Shown here one piece after another: positions 60,966-64,000 of a stretch of 64,000 bases of DNA. The number at the start of each line of letters is the position of its first letter. The stretch's first letter is position 1. Made by a program: the position numbers and the translations under genes. This DNA is from Bryobacterales bacterium (GTDB lineage: Bacteria; Acidobacteriota; Terriglobia; Bryobacterales; UBA6623), in contig OY729428.2 of NCBI GenBank assembly GCA_963422375.2, positions 544,001 through 608,000 on the forward strand, written 5' to 3'. A model generated the notes under the pieces. It was not told where the DNA came from and ran no database searches. It was given only the letters and a program-made list of their open reading frames with translations.

Positions 60966-61379
60966 ATGGAGCCCTCCGACCTCCCCACGCTGAACGCCTG
61001 CCTCAACGTGATCGCTGCGCTATTCCTGTCCGCCGGCTACTACTGGATCCGGCGAGGAGAGACGGCCCGCCACAGGAGGTGCATGCTGCTCGCGTGCTCC
61101 GCCTCGGCGATGTTCCTGGTTAGCTACGTGATCTACCACGTGCAGGTCGGCTCGGTGCGCTTCGAACGCGAAGGCTGGATCCGCCCGGTCTATTTCGCGG
61201 TCCTGATCACCCACGTCACCCTCGCCATCGCCATCGTGCCGCTGGTGCTGCTGACCGTGGGGCGCGCCCTGCGGGGCTCGTTCGAGCGGCACCGGCGCGT
61301 AGCCCGGTGGACTTGGCCGCTTTGGATGTACGTTTCGGTGAGCGGCGTCGCGGTGTACGCCATGCTCTACCACCTTTAG
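60966..61379 (+). CDS. DUF420-family membrane protein
   Basis: LPTLNA.LN, HRRCM, FLVSYV.YH, YF..LITH..LA, HRR.ARWT.P.W.YVSVSGV. Confidence 0.92.
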   Translation: MEPSDLPTLNACLNVIAALFLSAGYYWIRRGETARHRRCMLLACSASAMFLVSYVIYHVQVGSVRFEREGWIRPVYFAVLITHVTLAIAIVPLVLLTVGRALRGSFERHRRVARWTWPLWMYVSVSGVAVYAMLYHL

Positions 61380-61389
61380 GCCGGCCGCC

Positions 61390-63135
61390 TTGCTGTCGAA
61401 GCTCCGTACGCTCGGCCCCTACCTGCTGCGCTACCGCTGGCGTTACGCGGGCGGCCTGACCGCCCTGCTGCTCCGCGGACTGCTGGCAACGGCCCTGCCG
61501 TACCTGCTGGGGCGCATGATCGACTCCCTGGCCGAGGGCAGCCTCGAGGCCGCCCAGCTGTACGTCGCAGCCCTGCTCGCGGTCGGCGTCGGCAAGGGCG
61601 TAGCCCAGTACGCCATGCGCTGGATGCTGATCACGATCTCCCGCGACATCGAGTACGACCTGCGCAACGACCTGACTGCCCACCTAGTCGAGCTCGACGG
61701 CAGGTTCTACGCGCGGTACCGCACCGGCGACCTCATGGCCAGGGTCACCAACGACCTGGCGCAAGTGCGCTCGCTGCTCGGGCCAGGTCTCATGTACACG
61801 GCGGAGATCGTGGTGATCTTCGTGGCGGTTCTCTCCGTCATGGCATGGACGGACTGGGTGCTGACGCTGCTCGTGTTCGCGCCGATGCCATTCATCTCCG
61901 TCGGCGTCAGCTATTTCGGCCGTCGCGCGCACGAGCAGTTCCTGAAGGTACAGGCGTGCTTTTCCGCGATCAGCACGCGGGTGCAGGAGCACCTGGCCGG
62001 GCTGCGGATGCTGCGGGCCTACGGGCAGTCGCCGCAGGAGGAGAGGCGCTTCGAGCGGGCCAACGCCGAGTACCTAGACACGAGCCTCGGACTCATGCGC
62101 ATCTGGCGCACCTTCTATCCGACGCTGGAATTCCTAGTGGGCGTGACCGGCATCGCCGTGCTCGGCTTCGGCGGATGGCGCGTCCTGCAGGGCCAGATAA
62201 CCGTGGGCACGTTCACGATGTTCCTGTACTTCCTGACCATGCTGACCTGGCCGATGATCGGCATGGGCGTGGTGGTCAACATCACCCAGCGGGGGCTCGC
62301 CTCGCTCGGCCGCCTCAACGAGCTGTTCGCGCAGCGGCCCGAAATCGCCGACGTCCCCCGGGGGCCCTCGCACTCGCGGCGGGTCAGCGGCGGGATCGAA
62401 TGGCGCAACGTCGCGGTCCTGTACCCGTCGGCCGCGACGCCCGCGGTGCGCGGGATCTCGCTGCAAGTCGAAAGGGGGCATTCGCTCGCGCTGATCGGCC
62501 CGGTCGGCAGCGGCAAGTCCACCTTGGCCAACTTGGTCCCGAGGCTGCTCGACCCCGCCGAGGGCGAGGTGCTGGTAGACGGCGTCGATGTCCGCAAGAT
62601 CCCCCTCGAGTCGCTCCGGAGCGGGATCGGGCACGTGCCGCAGGAGACCTTCCTGTTCAGCCGCTCGATCGCCGCGAACATCGGCCTGGGGGCCCCGAAC
62701 GCTAGCTGGGAGGAGATCGAGTCCGCGGCGCGGGAGGCGATGCTGGCGTCGGACGCCGATTACTTCCCGGACGGGCTCGACACCCTGGTCGGGGAGCGAG
62801 GCATCACGCTCTCGGGCGGCCAGAAGCAGCGGGTGGCGATCGCCCGGGCCCTGCTGCCCGATCCGCGCATCGTCATTCTGGACGACGCCACGTCCAGCCT
62901 AGACGCCGAGACTGAGCACGCGCTTCTGCGGCGAATCCACGCCAAGACGCGCTTCAGGACGCTGCTGATCGTCACCCACCGCGTCTCGTCCGCGCGGCTG
63001 GCGGAACGCATCGCGGTGCTCGACCGAGGCCAGGTCGTGGACGCGGGATCGCACGAGGAACTCCTCGCGCGGGGAGGGCTATACGCGCGCATGCACGACC
63101 GCCAGCGGATCGAGGAGGAGCTGTCCCGCCGATGA
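61390..63135 (+). CDS. ABC transporter permease/ATP-binding fusion (MdlA-like)
   Basis: SRDIEYDLRN, TGDLMAR.TND, GPVGSGKST, GERGITLSGGQKQR, ILDD, THR. Confidence 0.93.
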   Translation: MLSKLRTLGPYLLRYRWRYAGGLTALLLRGLLATALPYLLGRMIDSLAEGSLEAAQLYVAALLAVGVGKGVAQYAMRWMLITISRDIEYDLRNDLTAHLVELDGRFYARYRTGDLMARVTNDLAQVRSLLGPGLMYTAEIVVIFVAVLSVMAWTDWVLTLLVFAPMPFISVGVSYFGRRAHEQFLKVQACFSAISTRVQEHLAGLRMLRAYGQSPQEERRFERANAEYLDTSLGLMRIWRTFYPTLEFLVGVTGIAVLGFGGWRVLQGQITVGTFTMFLYFLTMLTWPMIGMGVVVNITQRGLASLGRLNELFAQRPEIADVPRGPSHSRRVSGGIEWRNVAVLYPSAATPAVRGISLQVERGHSLALIGPVGSGKSTLANLVPRLLDPAEGEVLVDGVDVRKIPLESLRSGIGHVPQETFLFSRSIAANIGLGAPNASWEEIESAAREAMLASDADYFPDGLDTLVGERGITLSGGQKQRVAIARALLPDPRIVILDDATSSLDAETEHALLRRIHAKTRFRTLLIVTHRVSSARLAERIAVLDRGQVVDAGSHEELLARGGLYARMHDRQRIEEELSRR

Positions 63136-64000
63136 CGGGCCGCTCCATCGGGCGCGACGTCGCGCGAGAGGACGACTCCCGGGCCGCTGCGTACGACGCC
63201 GCGCTGGTCCGGCGGCTCTGGCGGTACCTGCGGCCATACCGGGGCATGGCCGCGGCCTCGCTCGCCCTGCTCATGCTGAATTCCGCCCTGGGCGCGTGCT
63301 GGCCGCTCCTGACCCAGCTCGCGGTGGACCTGTACCTGAAACCGGATCAGTCCTCACGTCCGCGCCTCGGGGCCTTCCTGCCGGACGACCCCGTCGCGGG
63401 CTTGATCGCCCTAGCCGGGATCTATCTCCTGGTCCTTACGCTGTCGTCGGCGACGCGGGCCGCCCAGATTCACACGATGAACCAGACCGGCCAGAGAGTG
63501 ATGCGCGACATCCGGCGCGAAGTCTTCCAGCATCTGCAGCGGCTCCCGGTGGCGTACTTCGACCGGACTCCGAGCGGTCGGCTGGTGACCCGGGCGACCA
63601 GCGACGTCGACGTGCTGAACGAGTTGTTCACGTCGGGTCTGGTGGCCGTGGCCGGCGACGTGCTCACCTTGGTGTGCGCGTTCGGGGCAATGCTGTACCT
63701 GAGCCCTCGCCTGACGCTGGTCTACCTCGCTGTCGCTCCGCTGGTGATGGCCGTCAGCTTCGTGTTCCGTCGCTTGGCGCGCAAGAGCTTTCGCGACGTG
63801 CGGGCAGCCGTGGCGAAGCTCGCATCCTTCCTGCAGGAGTGCTTCACTGGGATCACCGAAATCCAGCTCTTCACCCACGAGCGCCGGGCGCTGAAAGAAT
63901 TCGACGGGATCAACCAGGAGCACCGGCAAGCGAACTATCGCGCCGTCCGGGCCCACGCGGTGTTCTTCCCGGTCATCGAGTGGCTCAACTACCTAGGCCT
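63132..64000 (+). CDS. ABC transporter permease/ATP-binding fusion (MdlB-like), truncated by the window edge
   Basis: ATGA overlap; YDAALVRRLWRYLRPY...GQRVMRDIR..VF.HLQRL..AYFDR.P.GRLVTR.TSDV..LNELF.SG; open to the end. Confidence 0.9.
   Translation, partial: MTGRSIGRDVAREDDSRAAAYDAALVRRLWRYLRPYRGMAAASLALLMLNSALGACWPLLTQLAVDLYLKPDQSSRPRLGAFLPDDPVAGLIALAGIYLLVLTLSSATRAAQIHTMNQTGQRVMRDIRREVFQHLQRLPVAYFDRTPSGRLVTRATSDVDVLNELFTSGLVAVAGDVLTLVCAFGAMLYLSPRLTLVYLAVAPLVMAVSFVFRRLARKSFRDVRAAVAKLASFLQECFTGITEIQLFTHERRALKEFDGINQEHRQANYRAVRAHAVFFPVIEWLNYLG

Overview
GC-rich bacterial DNA, most likely Acidobacteriota (Bryobacterales/Solibacter-like). That call is inferred from the acidobacterial-type VWA protein, the Oar-like TonB-dependent receptor, DUF1501/PSCyt genes and DUF6152-type genes. 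Two mobile-element graveyards sit among long runs of intact metabolic and housekeeping genes. (1) At ~1.1-7.5 kb a COG4637-like ABC/AAA ATPase gene is cut into three pieces by an IS30 element and IS1595 elements, with a nested 255-bp MITE. (2) At ~48.1-57.7 kb lie a TonB-receptor pseudogene, an ExeA-ATPase transposon remnant, an MlrC fragment, a Uma2 nuclease, ISAzo13, two ISNCY elements, a second MITE copy and a split PQQ-type propeller gene. The most notable intact locus is a minimal bacterial microcompartment cluster (20.9-22.9 kb): a class II aldolase with a C-terminal encapsulation-peptide-like tail, one BMC-H and three BMC-P genes. It is preceded by a PSCyt/DUF1549/DUF1553 + DUF1501 pair and followed, on the same strand, by an oligogalacturonate-lyase-like propeller, a fatty-acyl-CoA-reductase-like protein and threonine aldolase. 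Other points of interest: both MITE copies lie in the ends of other IS elements at TANNTA sites; the pseudogenes show an apparent A:T->G:C substitution bias, many short tandem duplications and a perfect 32-bp palindrome at a frameshift; there is a secreted DUF6152 cluster with a candidate N-terminal His metal site; and there is a solitary protein with a possible RelE-like C-terminus. No rRNA, tRNA or CRISPR array was recognised. All family assignments come from motif recognition by eye, not from database searches.
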